From Gammaproteobacteria bacterium (GTDB taxonomy: Bacteria; Pseudomonadota; Gammaproteobacteria; Steroidobacterales; Foliamicaceae): DNA of 64,000 bases. Both the position numbers and the translations under genes were made by a program. Below are positions 12,073 to 20,476 of the stretch, piece after piece (position 1 is the stretch's first letter; each line of letters begins with the position of its first letter). Where the stretch lies: positions 20,785 to 84,784 of the forward strand of contig JAPOTY010000024.1 in NCBI GenBank assembly GCA_026708965.1, read 5' to 3'. The notes below the pieces were generated by a model, which ran no database searches, was not told the DNA's origin, and was given only the letters and a program-made list of their open reading frames with translations.

Positions 12073-13050
12073 TTACTCGAAGCCTTTAAGCCGCTTGATG
12101 GCCTGGCAATAGCCGGCTTCAAGCTCCGCCACCAGTTCGGATGTGGACTGCACTCGCTCGACCGAACCCACGCCCTGGCCCGCCGACCAGATATCGCGCC
12201 AAACCCGCGAGGGCCTATCGTCGGGACCGAACTGGATTGGCGGGCTGGGGCGGTCCAGATCCGCGCGGTCAATGCCCGCGCGCTCCAAGCTGGGCTTGAG
12301 GAAATTCGCAGGCACGCCGGTGAAATACGGCGAGAGCGCCAAGTCGTCCACGCTGCTTTCCACCAGCATCTGCCGGTAGCTGTCCGAGGCGAGACTCTCG
12401 CGCACGGCAATGAAACGGGTGCCGATATAGGCGAAATCCGCCCCCATAGCGATTGCCGCCGCCACGTCCGCTCCCGAGGAAATGCCTCCGGCCAGCGCAA
12501 TGGGGCCGTCAAAGAACTTGCGCACCTCAGCGAGAAACGCGAATGGCGTGATCGTGCCGGTATGCCCGCCCGCGCCGGCCGCCACCAGCACCAGCCCATC
12601 GACCCCGGCATCGACCGCCTTGCGCGCATAGAACAAGCTATTGACATCGCAGAACAGCAGTCCGCCATAGGCATGCACCTCGTCGCGGACCCGCCTGGGC
12701 GTGCCCAGCGATGTGATGACCACCGGCGCGCGGTATCGCACGGCGAGCTTGAGATCGTCGGCCAGCCGCTTGTTGCTGCGATGCACGATCAGATTGACCG
12801 CCCAGGGCGCAATCTTCCCGGGGCGGCGCTCCTCATCGCTAGCCAGCGTCGATGAAATCCGCTCAAGCCATTCCTCCAGCGTTTCCAGAGGCCGGGCGTT
12901 CAGCGAGGGAAAGGCGCCGACCACCCCCTCCCGGCAGGCCGCGATCACCAGATCCGGCCCGGAAACCAGAAACATGGGCGCAGCGAAAACCGGCAGGCGC
13001 AGCCGCGCCTTGATTGGCGCCACAGGCACGGCTATGCCCTGACCCCGCAA
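12073..13050 (-). CDS. nitronate monooxygenase / FabK-like FMN oxidoreductase
   Basis: It has the FAAPMFLVSG and GADFAYIGTRF motifs of the NMO family. The start is uncertain: TTG at 13050, or GTG at 13029 or 13023. Confidence 0.78.
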   Translation of the reverse strand: MRGQGIAVPVAPIKARLRLPVFAAPMFLVSGPDLVIAACREGVVGAFPSLNARPLETLEEWLERISSTLASDEERRPGKIAPWAVNLIVHRSNKRLADDLKLAVRYRAPVVITSLGTPRRVRDEVHAYGGLLFCDVNSLFYARKAVDAGVDGLVLVAAGAGGHTGTITPFAFLAEVRKFFDGPIALAGGISSGADVAAAIAMGADFAYIGTRFIAVRESLASDSYRQMLVESSVDDLALSPYFTGVPANFLKPSLERAGIDRADLDRPSPPIQFGPDDRPSRVWRDIWSAGQGVGSVERVQSTSELVAELEAGYCQAIKRLKGFE

Positions 13051-13055
13051 ATAAA

Positions 13056-13159
13056 GCCTTTCCGCGCCCCCCTCTTCCGGGAGTATCGGAGGCAGGATGC
13101 CGGAGCAAGCCCCATGGAAGGGTTGATGCGTCTCCCGGAAGAGGGGGGCGCGGAAAGGC
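13056..13159 (+). repeat. palindromic element copy E1 (28-bp perfect stem, 48-nt conserved loop)
   Basis: The arm 13057-13083 (CCTTTCCGCGCCCCCCTCTTCCGGGAG) is the exact reverse complement of 13132-13158. The loop is TATCGGAGGCAGGATGCCGGAGCAAGCCCCATGGAAGGGTTGATGCGT. Confidence 0.9.
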
Positions 13160-13213
13160 GAAGGGCAGGCAAAATCCTGCGGTGCCTCCGCGCCCCTTGG
13201 CGCAATATCCGGG

Positions 13214-14008
13214 CTAGCCGGAATCGCCGCTGGACAGCGGCGGCAATTGACCCAGATGCGCGCCGCTGTCGGCGATCAGAGTCTCGCCGGTCACCAGCGG
13301 AGCGCCTTCAAGGAACCAGACAATCACCTCGGCCACATGCCGCGGCTCGGCAACCTGCTTAAGCGGGAGGATGGAACCGGCCATATCCAGCATGCCTTCG
13401 TAGGCCGCATCGCCCATGCCGCCCTTCAGCCAGCGGGTCTGTATCATGCCGGGGGCCACGCTATTGATGCGGATTTCCGGGCCCAGCACATGGGCCAGGG
13501 ATTTGGTCATCAGGTTCAGCGCGGCCTTGGAGGCGGCATAGGGAATCGACGACGCGATGCCGGTCACGCCGCCGATGGAGGAATTATTGACCACGGCGCC
13601 GCTGCCCAAAGCCCGCATATGCGGCTCCACGGCGCGGATCATCTGGTAGGCGCCGACCACGTTGACCGCGTAGATATCGAGAAAGTCCCTCTTGTCGATG
13701 CCGTGAAGATTGGCGAACGGATTGAACTTGGTCCGCCCGGCGTTATTGACGAGGTAGTCGATCCGCCCCCAGGCATCCATAGCGGCCGCCGCCAGCGCCT
13801 GGCAATCGGCATCCTCGGACACATCGCCGCGCACCATCCTTGTTTCGGCGCCTGAGGCCTCGCAGCGGTCAGCGGTTTGGCGCGCCTCCTTCCCGCTGCG
13901 CGTGTAGTTCACCACAACATTGCAACCGCGGGCCGCCAATAACTCGGCGGTTGCCGCGCCGACGCCTGTGGCCGATCCCGTTACGATGGCCGTTTTTCGC
14001 TCGTTCAT
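13214..14008 (-). CDS. SDR-family oxidoreductase
   Basis: It has the TGSATGVGAA (TGxxxGxG) and YAASKAAL (YxxxK) motifs. The start was trimmed to the ATG at 14008 (MNERKTAIVTG). Confidence 0.85.
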   Translation of the reverse strand: MNERKTAIVTGSATGVGAATAELLAARGCNVVVNYTRSGKEARQTADRCEASGAETRMVRGDVSEDADCQALAAAAMDAWGRIDYLVNNAGRTKFNPFANLHGIDKRDFLDIYAVNVVGAYQMIRAVEPHMRALGSGAVVNNSSIGGVTGIASSIPYAASKAALNLMTKSLAHVLGPEIRINSVAPGMIQTRWLKGGMGDAAYEGMLDMAGSILPLKQVAEPRHVAEVIVWFLEGAPLVTGETLIADSGAHLGQLPPLSSGDSG

Positions 14009-14083
14009 CACACGCGATTTTAGCCGCTGCGCCAAGATTGCGTTAAAGTTGCAGCGGATCCACCAATCTTAGGGAACCTCGTT

Positions 14084-14566
14084 ATGGCCGCACTTGGCGG
14101 AAGAGAAATGCCGGCGTGGGTAACACGCCCGATATCCGATATGCCCGTGCTCGGCCCGGCAGAGTCGCTGAGCGGGATACAGAAGGAATTGCAGGCGCTG
14201 CTGGATCGCTACGCAAGCGCCGTCGAATCGGCGCAGCTGGCCGAAGTCGAAGCCTGCATGCGCACCGACGAGGCGTTCCTGAGCGTCGAATCCAGCTTCC
14301 CGAATTACGGCTGGGCGGACTACAACAACAATCACTTGAGCCTTGAGCTGGGCATGCTCAAGGATATGGAATACAAGGCGCAGCTGGTGCATGCCTTTGG
14401 CAATGACGGCCTTTCCTACGGCGTTTTCGTTTTCCGCGCCTCCGCCGTGAGGGATGGGCAAAGGCGCGCCAAGGAAGGCATGGGCACCCTGGTGGCCGAG
14501 AAAATCGAGGGCGACTGGCGCATCCGCCACTGGACCACCTGCGCGCGGCGACCGCCCACCTCCTAG
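14084..14566 (+). CDS. NTF2-like (SnoaL/DUF4440-like) protein
   Basis: The 160-aa ORF has an LQALLDRYASAVESAQLAEVEACM helix and a C-terminal GDWRIRHW strand, typical of the NTF2 fold. The assignment is by pattern only. Confidence 0.5.
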   Translation: MAALGGREMPAWVTRPISDMPVLGPAESLSGIQKELQALLDRYASAVESAQLAEVEACMRTDEAFLSVESSFPNYGWADYNNNHLSLELGMLKDMEYKAQLVHAFGNDGLSYGVFVFRASAVRDGQRRAKEGMGTLVAEKIEGDWRIRHWTTCARRPPTS

Positions 14567-14590
14567 GGGGCCGCAACACCGAATAGACGG

Positions 14591-15169
14591 CTAGCCCTTC
14601 GCGGCTTCCTTGCCGCCGGGCCAGCGGCGCACGAGGTCCGTATCGAGGCCGAACAGATCCAGCAGCCTGCCCACAGTATGGTTGACGATATCATCCACGC
14701 TGGCCGGTTTAGCATAGAACCCCGGAACCGGCGGGGCGATCATCGCGCCCATCAGCGATGCTTCATGCATCAAACGCAGATGGCCGGAATGCAGCGGCGT
14801 TTCGCGCGGCGCCAGCACCAGCCGGCGGCCCTCCTTCAGCGTGACATCCGCCGCGCGCGCAAGCAGATTGGCCGCATAGGAATTCACGATGGCGCCCAGA
14901 GTCTTCATCGAGCAAGGCGCCACAATCATTCCGGCAGCGCGAAACGAGCCGCTGGCAATGGTGGCCGCCACATCGCTGTCGGAATGCACCACATCGGCCA
15001 GCGCCTTCACGTCCCGAACTTTCCAGGGCGTCTCCAGCGCGATATTGACCTTGCCTCCATTGCTGATAACGAGGTGGGTCTCCACCCCGTCGGCCTGCCG
15101 CAGAGCTTCGAGCAGCCGGATGCCGTAAATCACGCCGCTGGCGCCGGAAATTCCAATAATGAGCCGCAT
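14591..15169 (-). CDS. ubiX: flavin prenyltransferase UbiX
   Basis: MRLIIGISGASGVIYGIRLLEAL closely resembles the E. coli UbiX N-terminus. Length is 192 aa. Confidence 0.9.
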   Translation of the reverse strand: MRLIIGISGASGVIYGIRLLEALRQADGVETHLVISNGGKVNIALETPWKVRDVKALADVVHSDSDVAATIASGSFRAAGMIVAPCSMKTLGAIVNSYAANLLARAADVTLKEGRRLVLAPRETPLHSGHLRLMHEASLMGAMIAPPVPGFYAKPASVDDIVNHTVGRLLDLFGLDTDLVRRWPGGKEAAKG

Positions 15170-15216
15170 GCGATCCCTTAGCCTAGTGCCGGAAGCCGGA
15201 CTCTAACATGCGGTCT

Positions 15217-16677
15217 CTAGCCGTCTTCCTGCGAAGAAGAGCGAAGGAACTCGCGCACTCGTTCCATATAGGGCGTGCGGTCCTTGCCGTGGAAAATGGC
15301 GCCCGCCATGCGCACGGGATCGCCGAAGAAATAGGTTTCGTATTGCACTTGGCGCGCCGCGAACGCCGAAAGAGCGGTGTCCCAGGCCAGGCGGTAGAGC
15401 GGAATGCGCTCCTTCGCTTCAAGCCGCGCCGCCTGGTAGTAGCGGTTCACTTCGTCGCTCAAGGGGCCTTCCAGATCCGCCCGCGTGGGCATGGCGACCA
15501 GGCCGCTGGCGCCAAGCAGGCGCACGATCTCGATCATGCGCGGGTAAAGGCGGGGATACAGGTTGCGGGCCGCATCCAGCGGATCGAAAGCCGGCGTCAT
15601 CATGCCGTGCCCGTTCAGCGCAGCGTCGGCCTCGGCCGCCCGGCGAAAGGCCCTCATGGTTTCAAGGTTGACCCAGATCTCGGCCACCTTTTCCTGCACA
15701 TGCTGAAAAATCTCGATGCCCACGGCATCGATCATCAGCGACACCAGCCCCAGCAGGTATTCGGTCTTGGCAATATTCTTGCAGATCACCTGATGCGACA
15801 TATGGACCACCGCCGAAGTGGCGGCGTAGGCCTCGTTGCAGGCTTTCACGTCGCGGTACAGGAACACGTTCTCCCAAGGCACCAGCACATCGTCGAACAC
15901 CACCAGCGCGTCCATTTCCTCGAACCGGGAACCCAAGGGGTGGTCGAAGCGGTTGCGGCCGTAATCCACCGACTCGCGGCAGATGAACTTGAGTCCGGGC
16001 GTGGCGTTGGGCAGGCAGAACGCGAATGAGTAGGGCGCATCCTTTTCCGGGTTCTTGAGCAGCGTGGAAGGGAACACCATGATCGAATCGGAAATCGGCA
16101 GCGTGGCCAGCATCCGGGCGCCCTTGATAATGAGGCCGGCGTCGGTTTCCTTCTTCACGCGGGCGGCCAGGAACGGGTCGGCCTGCTTCGCGGCGCTCAC
16201 GGCGCGGTTGATCTGCGGATTAATCAGGGTATGGGTGAGCGCCAAGTCGCTCTCGCGCATTTCGCGGTGGTAGGCCCGGGCATTGGCGCCGCCGCCCGAG
16301 TGCGCGGAATCCAGCCAGTCGGCGCCGGCGGCGTAGGCGCTCATGGCGCGGTTCAGGTAGCTGGGATCGCGCCCCGCCATGCCGAAGCTGAAATCCGCCA
16401 GGCGGTGCATGGAATCGCCCACCCGCGCCAGATCCTCGCGGGTGCGCGGAATCATGAAGCTCATGCCCACGGGATCGCCCGTGTCCGGCGAGGGGAACAG
16501 CAACCGCTCCGGTTCGCTGTGCTGGAAATCGTAGCGTGCCGCCAAGCTGCGAACCCCGCCGGCGATGCCGTCTTCGGCGGTGATATCTTCGACTTTTCGT
16601 CCCCGATGCCATAATTCCATCGGAGACTCCTTCAGTGCCTGTATGAGTTCGGCGCCCGTTCGCGCTGCCATATTCAA
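15217..16677 (-). CDS. 4-hydroxyphenylacetate 3-monooxygenase oxygenase-component family (HpaB-like)
   Basis: The length (486 aa) and sequence pattern fit two-component flavin-dependent phenol hydroxylases. It sits next to hpa meta-cleavage genes. Confidence 0.8.
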   Translation of the reverse strand: MNMAARTGAELIQALKESPMELWHRGRKVEDITAEDGIAGGVRSLAARYDFQHSEPERLLFPSPDTGDPVGMSFMIPRTREDLARVGDSMHRLADFSFGMAGRDPSYLNRAMSAYAAGADWLDSAHSGGGANARAYHREMRESDLALTHTLINPQINRAVSAAKQADPFLAARVKKETDAGLIIKGARMLATLPISDSIMVFPSTLLKNPEKDAPYSFAFCLPNATPGLKFICRESVDYGRNRFDHPLGSRFEEMDALVVFDDVLVPWENVFLYRDVKACNEAYAATSAVVHMSHQVICKNIAKTEYLLGLVSLMIDAVGIEIFQHVQEKVAEIWVNLETMRAFRRAAEADAALNGHGMMTPAFDPLDAARNLYPRLYPRMIEIVRLLGASGLVAMPTRADLEGPLSDEVNRYYQAARLEAKERIPLYRLAWDTALSAFAARQVQYETYFFGDPVRMAGAIFHGKDRTPYMERVREFLRSSSQEDG

Positions 16678-16691
16678 ATCCTCCTACGCAA

Positions 16692-17162
16692 TCATTGCGG
16701 CTTGGTTTTTTCCATCCGCGAATGGAATTCCGCCAACAGTCGGTAGAGCCGCTCCAGCCGCTCGCGCCCAAAGTCCGATTCGATTCGCGCATAGGCGGCT
16801 TCCGAATCGGGCGCGGCCGCTTCGAAGCGTTGCCGCCCGGAATCGGTCAGCGACACGATTTGCCTGCGCTGATCGCTCCCGTCAACGGACCGCCGCACCA
16901 TACCTTCGTTTTCAAGGTGCCGGAGGATTCGAGTCAGGCTCGGCGCCAGCAACAGGCTTCGCGAAGCCAGTTGCCTGGCATCCATCGGTTCCGAGTCGGC
17001 CAGCGCGCGGATCACTCGCCATTGTTGTTCGGTAAAGCCCCACGCTTTCAGCAACGGGCGGAATCGCGCCATCGCGGCCTCGCGGGCCTTCAGGAGTTCC
17101 ATGGGCAGGGAATGCCGAAAGTCCCGAAGCCCGGGCGCAGGCGCCATGCGGGCTTTTGCCAT
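16692..17162 (-). CDS. MarR-family regulator (HpaR-like)
   Basis: It has a winged-helix core (EQQWRVIRALADSEPMDARQLASRSLLLAPSLTRILRHLENEGMV). Its start overlaps the FAH stop (TGATG). Confidence 0.8.
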   Translation of the reverse strand: MAKARMAPAPGLRDFRHSLPMELLKAREAAMARFRPLLKAWGFTEQQWRVIRALADSEPMDARQLASRSLLLAPSLTRILRHLENEGMVRRSVDGSDQRRQIVSLTDSGRQRFEAAAPDSEAAYARIESDFGRERLERLYRLLAEFHSRMEKTKPQ

Positions 17163-18019
17163 CACAGCTCCTCTGCGGCGACCGGGTTGGTCAGGATTCC
17201 GATGCCGGGCACTTCAACGTCCACCATATCGCCGCTCGTCAGATATTGAGGAGGATCGAGTCGGGCGCCCGCTCCATTAGGGGTTCCGGTGGCGATGATA
17301 TCGCCCGGCTTCAACCTGAAGAATATCGACAAATAGCTGATTAGATAGCGAAAAGAAAACCGGAGATTGGCAGTGACATCGTTTTGGCGCTCCTCTCCGT
17401 TAACGCGCGTCATAACGCGAAGGTTGCCGAACGGATTCAATTGGTCCGCAGTCACCAGCCACGGTCCTAAGGCGCCTGATTTTTCAAAGTTCTTGCCTTG
17501 CGTGACATTGAACTTGGCGTGCCTGAGAAAATCGCGCAAGCAGCCTTCATTCATGATGGTGAGGCCCGCAACATGCTCAGGCGCGGCCGCTTCCGGGATC
17601 CGGCGCCCTTCCTTGCCGATCACCATCACGATTTCGCCCTCGTAATCGAGCTGGTCCGATTCCGGCGGGTCGAGCAGCGGAACTTCGTGGCCAACGAGCG
17701 ATCCGCGGGTTCGCATGAAGACGCTGGGGTACCGGGCGGGCGATGCATCCTGGTACTCGGCATGCCTGTTGGCGTAATTGATGCCGATGCAGATAATCTT
17801 TTCGGGATTCGGAATGGTCGGCAGGAATTCAATTTCATCGAGCGAGTAGTCGATCGGGGCGGTCGAGGCATGCTTGGACAGCAATTCAAGCTTGCCGCCG
17901 CCAATCGCTTCGCGCAAATGGGCCAAGTCAGGAAATTTCCGGCCGAGATCGATCACGCCGCTGCCAACGACCGCGCCAAAGGATGCCTTGCCGGAATGCG
18001 TGAAACTCAGAAAACGCAC
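17162..18019 (-). CDS. fumarylacetoacetate hydrolase family protein (HpaG-like decarboxylase/isomerase)
   Basis: The 285-aa protein has a FAH-fold C-terminal pattern (DYEGEIVMVIGK, GDIIATGTP). Confidence 0.85.
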   Translation of the reverse strand: MRFLSFTHSGKASFGAVVGSGVIDLGRKFPDLAHLREAIGGGKLELLSKHASTAPIDYSLDEIEFLPTIPNPEKIICIGINYANRHAEYQDASPARYPSVFMRTRGSLVGHEVPLLDPPESDQLDYEGEIVMVIGKEGRRIPEAAAPEHVAGLTIMNEGCLRDFLRHAKFNVTQGKNFEKSGALGPWLVTADQLNPFGNLRVMTRVNGEERQNDVTANLRFSFRYLISYLSIFFRLKPGDIIATGTPNGAGARLDPPQYLTSGDMVDVEVPGIGILTNPVAAEEL

Positions 18020-18152
18020 GACCGTATTTATTGGCCGCGCCGTTCATGCGAAAAAGACGGGGCGGACTCTCTCCTGAATGCTCTCGTTGTTTCCAGCGTT
18101 ACGTCGCTCACGATCCACCCCCGGATGGTTTGACATCATGGCGGAAGGCAGT

Positions 18153-18172
18153 ATGCTTAACATGTTAAGCAT
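18153..18172. promoter_or_regulatory. perfect 20-bp palindrome, candidate operator in the divergent hpa promoter region
   Basis: ATGCTTAACATGTTAAGCAT lies between the divergent FAH-marR-hpaB genes and the hpaF-hpaE genes, 31 nt upstream of the hpaF ATG. Confidence 0.5.
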
Positions 18173-18202
18173 TGTCAATGGCTATCCGGATCCCCGCCAA
18201 TC

Positions 18203-18613
18203 GTGCCCCACCAGATCATCGAGTACTCGTCCAATTTGGAGGACAGGATCAATATCAAGCGACTGGTGGATATCCTGCATGCCGCCGCTATCGGACTCGA
18301 GGCGCTTCCGCAGGCGGGCATGCGCACAAGAGCGGTTCGACGCGACCTATGCAAAATCGCGGACGGCCATGCCGAGAACACCTTCGTCCATGTAACGCTT
18401 CGCCTCGCCGCCGGACGATCGCGCGAAGCGAAGACGGCAGTCGGCGAGCAGCTGTTTGCAGCGCTCAAAAAGCATATCGGGCCGTCCGGCGATTCCTTTC
18501 CCGTTGCTTTGTCGCTGGAAATACAGGAAATCGATCCAATCGCGCGCTGGAAGGACGGCAACATCCGGGACCACCTCAAGCGTCGCGCCGCCGCCGCGCG
18601 CGGGCAACGATAA
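18203..18613 (+). CDS. hpaF: 5-carboxymethyl-2-hydroxymuconate isomerase
   Basis: The N-terminus MPHQIIEYSSNLE resembles E. coli HpcD/HpaF. Length is 136 aa. Confidence 0.85.
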   Translation: MPHQIIEYSSNLEDRINIKRLVDILHAAAIGLEALPQAGMRTRAVRRDLCKIADGHAENTFVHVTLRLAAGRSREAKTAVGEQLFAALKKHIGPSGDSFPVALSLEIQEIDPIARWKDGNIRDHLKRRAAAARGQR

Positions 18614-18626
18614 GAAGGATCGTCCA

Positions 18627-20144
18627 GTGCCAAGGATCGACGAGAGGCTGCAGGCGGTGACCGGGCTGGCGGCTCGGTTTCAATCGGCGGTCTTGCCGCA
18701 CTTTATCAATGGCCGGCCAGCGCCTGGCGTATCGGGCGCCACCTTCGAGAGCTTGTCTCCGATCGATAACTCGCCCATCGGCTCTGTTGACGCGGGAAGC
18801 GCCGCGGATATCGACCTCGCATGCCAGGCGGCCGCGAATGCGTTCGATGAATGGAAGGCGATGGCCGGCGGAGAGCGCCGCCGAATCCTGCGCAAGATAG
18901 CCGACGCGATCGAGGCGAATGCGAAGGAAATCGCATTGATTGAAAGCTGGGATTGCGGGCAACCCCTCAAGTTCATGTCCAAGGCCGCCATTCGGGGCGC
19001 GGAGAATTTCCGTTTTTTCGCCGACAGGGCGCCGAGCGCCAGGGACGGGCTGTCGCTCCCGGCCGAGCAGCACGTTAATTTCACGCAGCGCCAGCCCATC
19101 GGCCCGATTGCTGTGATCACGCCTTGGAACACCCCGTTCATGTTGTCAACATGGAAAATCGCTCCGGCCCTGGCCGCCGGCTGCACGGTGGTTCACAAGC
19201 CGGCCGAATGGTCGCCTTACACGGCCATGCTGCTTGCGGAAATCGCGCATGACGCGGGGTTGCCGCCCGGGGTGCTCAACTGCGTTCAGGGATTGGGCGG
19301 GCAGGCCGGCAGGATGCTCACTGAGCATCCCGCCATCAAGGCTGTCGCGTTCATTGGCGAATCACTCACAGGCCGCCGCATCATCAAACAGGGCGCCGAT
19401 ACCCTCAAGCGCGTGCATCTCGAATTGGGCGGGAAAAACCCGGTCATCGTCTTCGCCGACGCGGACCTCGAACGGGCGCTGGATGCCGTCGTTTTTATGA
19501 TTTTCAGCCTGAATGGCGAACGCTGCACTTCATCCAGCCGCCTTTTGATTGAAAAATCGATCGAGCGCCGTTTCATCGACAGGCTGATCGAGCGGGTGAG
19601 CAGGCTAAAGGTGGGCAATCCCCTGGATCCCGATACCGAGATCGGCCCGCTGATCCATCCCGAGCATCACGAGAAGGTTTGCGGTTTTTTCAAATACGCG
19701 ATTGAAGACGGCGCCGATATTGTTGCGGGAGGGTCGCCCATCGAAGGCCCCGGAAACTACGTTCAACCAACGGTCATTGCAGGCGCATCCAACCGCATGC
19801 GTATTGCCCGGCAGGAGATCTTCGGCCCCGTATTGACCGTGATCCCCTTTGCAGGCGAAGACGAAGCGTTGCGGATCGCCAATGAAACCGAATACGGCCT
19901 GGCGGGGTACATCTGGTCGAGCGATGCGGGCCGGGCCCATCGCATGGCCCAGGGGCTTGATGTCGGCATGGTGTGGGTGAATTCGGAGAACAACCGCCAT
20001 CTTCCGTCCCCTTTCGGCGGCATGAAGGCCAGCGGCATCGGCCGGGACGGCGGGGACTACAGCTTCGAGTTCTATATGGAAACGAAGAATATATGCGTGG
20101 CCTTCGACAGGCATCGAATTCCCCGGATGGGCGCGGGCTCGTGA
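18627..20144 (+). CDS. hpaE: 5-carboxymethyl-2-hydroxymuconate semialdehyde dehydrogenase (ALDH family)
   Basis: The GTG at 18627 is preceded by AAGGAT. ALDH motifs ELGGKNP and FSLNGERCTSSSR are present. The upstream part of the ORF was trimmed. Confidence 0.85.
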   Translation: MPRIDERLQAVTGLAARFQSAVLPHFINGRPAPGVSGATFESLSPIDNSPIGSVDAGSAADIDLACQAAANAFDEWKAMAGGERRRILRKIADAIEANAKEIALIESWDCGQPLKFMSKAAIRGAENFRFFADRAPSARDGLSLPAEQHVNFTQRQPIGPIAVITPWNTPFMLSTWKIAPALAAGCTVVHKPAEWSPYTAMLLAEIAHDAGLPPGVLNCVQGLGGQAGRMLTEHPAIKAVAFIGESLTGRRIIKQGADTLKRVHLELGGKNPVIVFADADLERALDAVVFMIFSLNGERCTSSSRLLIEKSIERRFIDRLIERVSRLKVGNPLDPDTEIGPLIHPEHHEKVCGFFKYAIEDGADIVAGGSPIEGPGNYVQPTVIAGASNRMRIARQEIFGPVLTVIPFAGEDEALRIANETEYGLAGYIWSSDAGRAHRMAQGLDVGMVWVNSENNRHLPSPFGGMKASGIGRDGGDYSFEFYMETKNICVAFDRHRIPRMGAGS

Positions 20145-20476
20145 GCCTGTATCAACTGCAAAAATTCCTCTACGCGCTTAATCGAGACGAAGCGTCAAAG
20201 CGAAGATGCCGCGATAATATCCATGAGCTTTTGAATGATTTCGACTTAAGCGATGAGGAGCGGACCGCACTCATCGAGGGCGATATCGGCTTGCTCTACG
20301 TTCTGGGCGTGAATGGACAGATCCTGATGCATTTTGCGGCCTTCCTCGGAATCGAGTGGTTCGATTACCTGGAGCTCATGCGGCAAGGCATTCGCAAGCA
20401 CGGCCCCGTGCGCGCCGGCGTGTACGCGATGACCGGCGGCGGCGAGCGCTTCACTGCGGAGGAGAGGGCGCGATGA
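20141..20476 (+). CDS. small LigA-like subunit of class III extradiol dioxygenase (tentative)
   Basis: The 111-aa ORF forms a GTGA overlap with the hpaE stop and an ATGA overlap with the next gene. The pattern LYQLQKFLYALNRDE..LSDEERTALIEGDIG resembles the PCA 4,5-dioxygenase alpha chain. Confidence 0.55.
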   Translation: MSLYQLQKFLYALNRDEASKRRCRDNIHELLNDFDLSDEERTALIEGDIGLLYVLGVNGQILMHFAAFLGIEWFDYLELMRQGIRKHGPVRAGVYAMTGGGERFTAEERAR

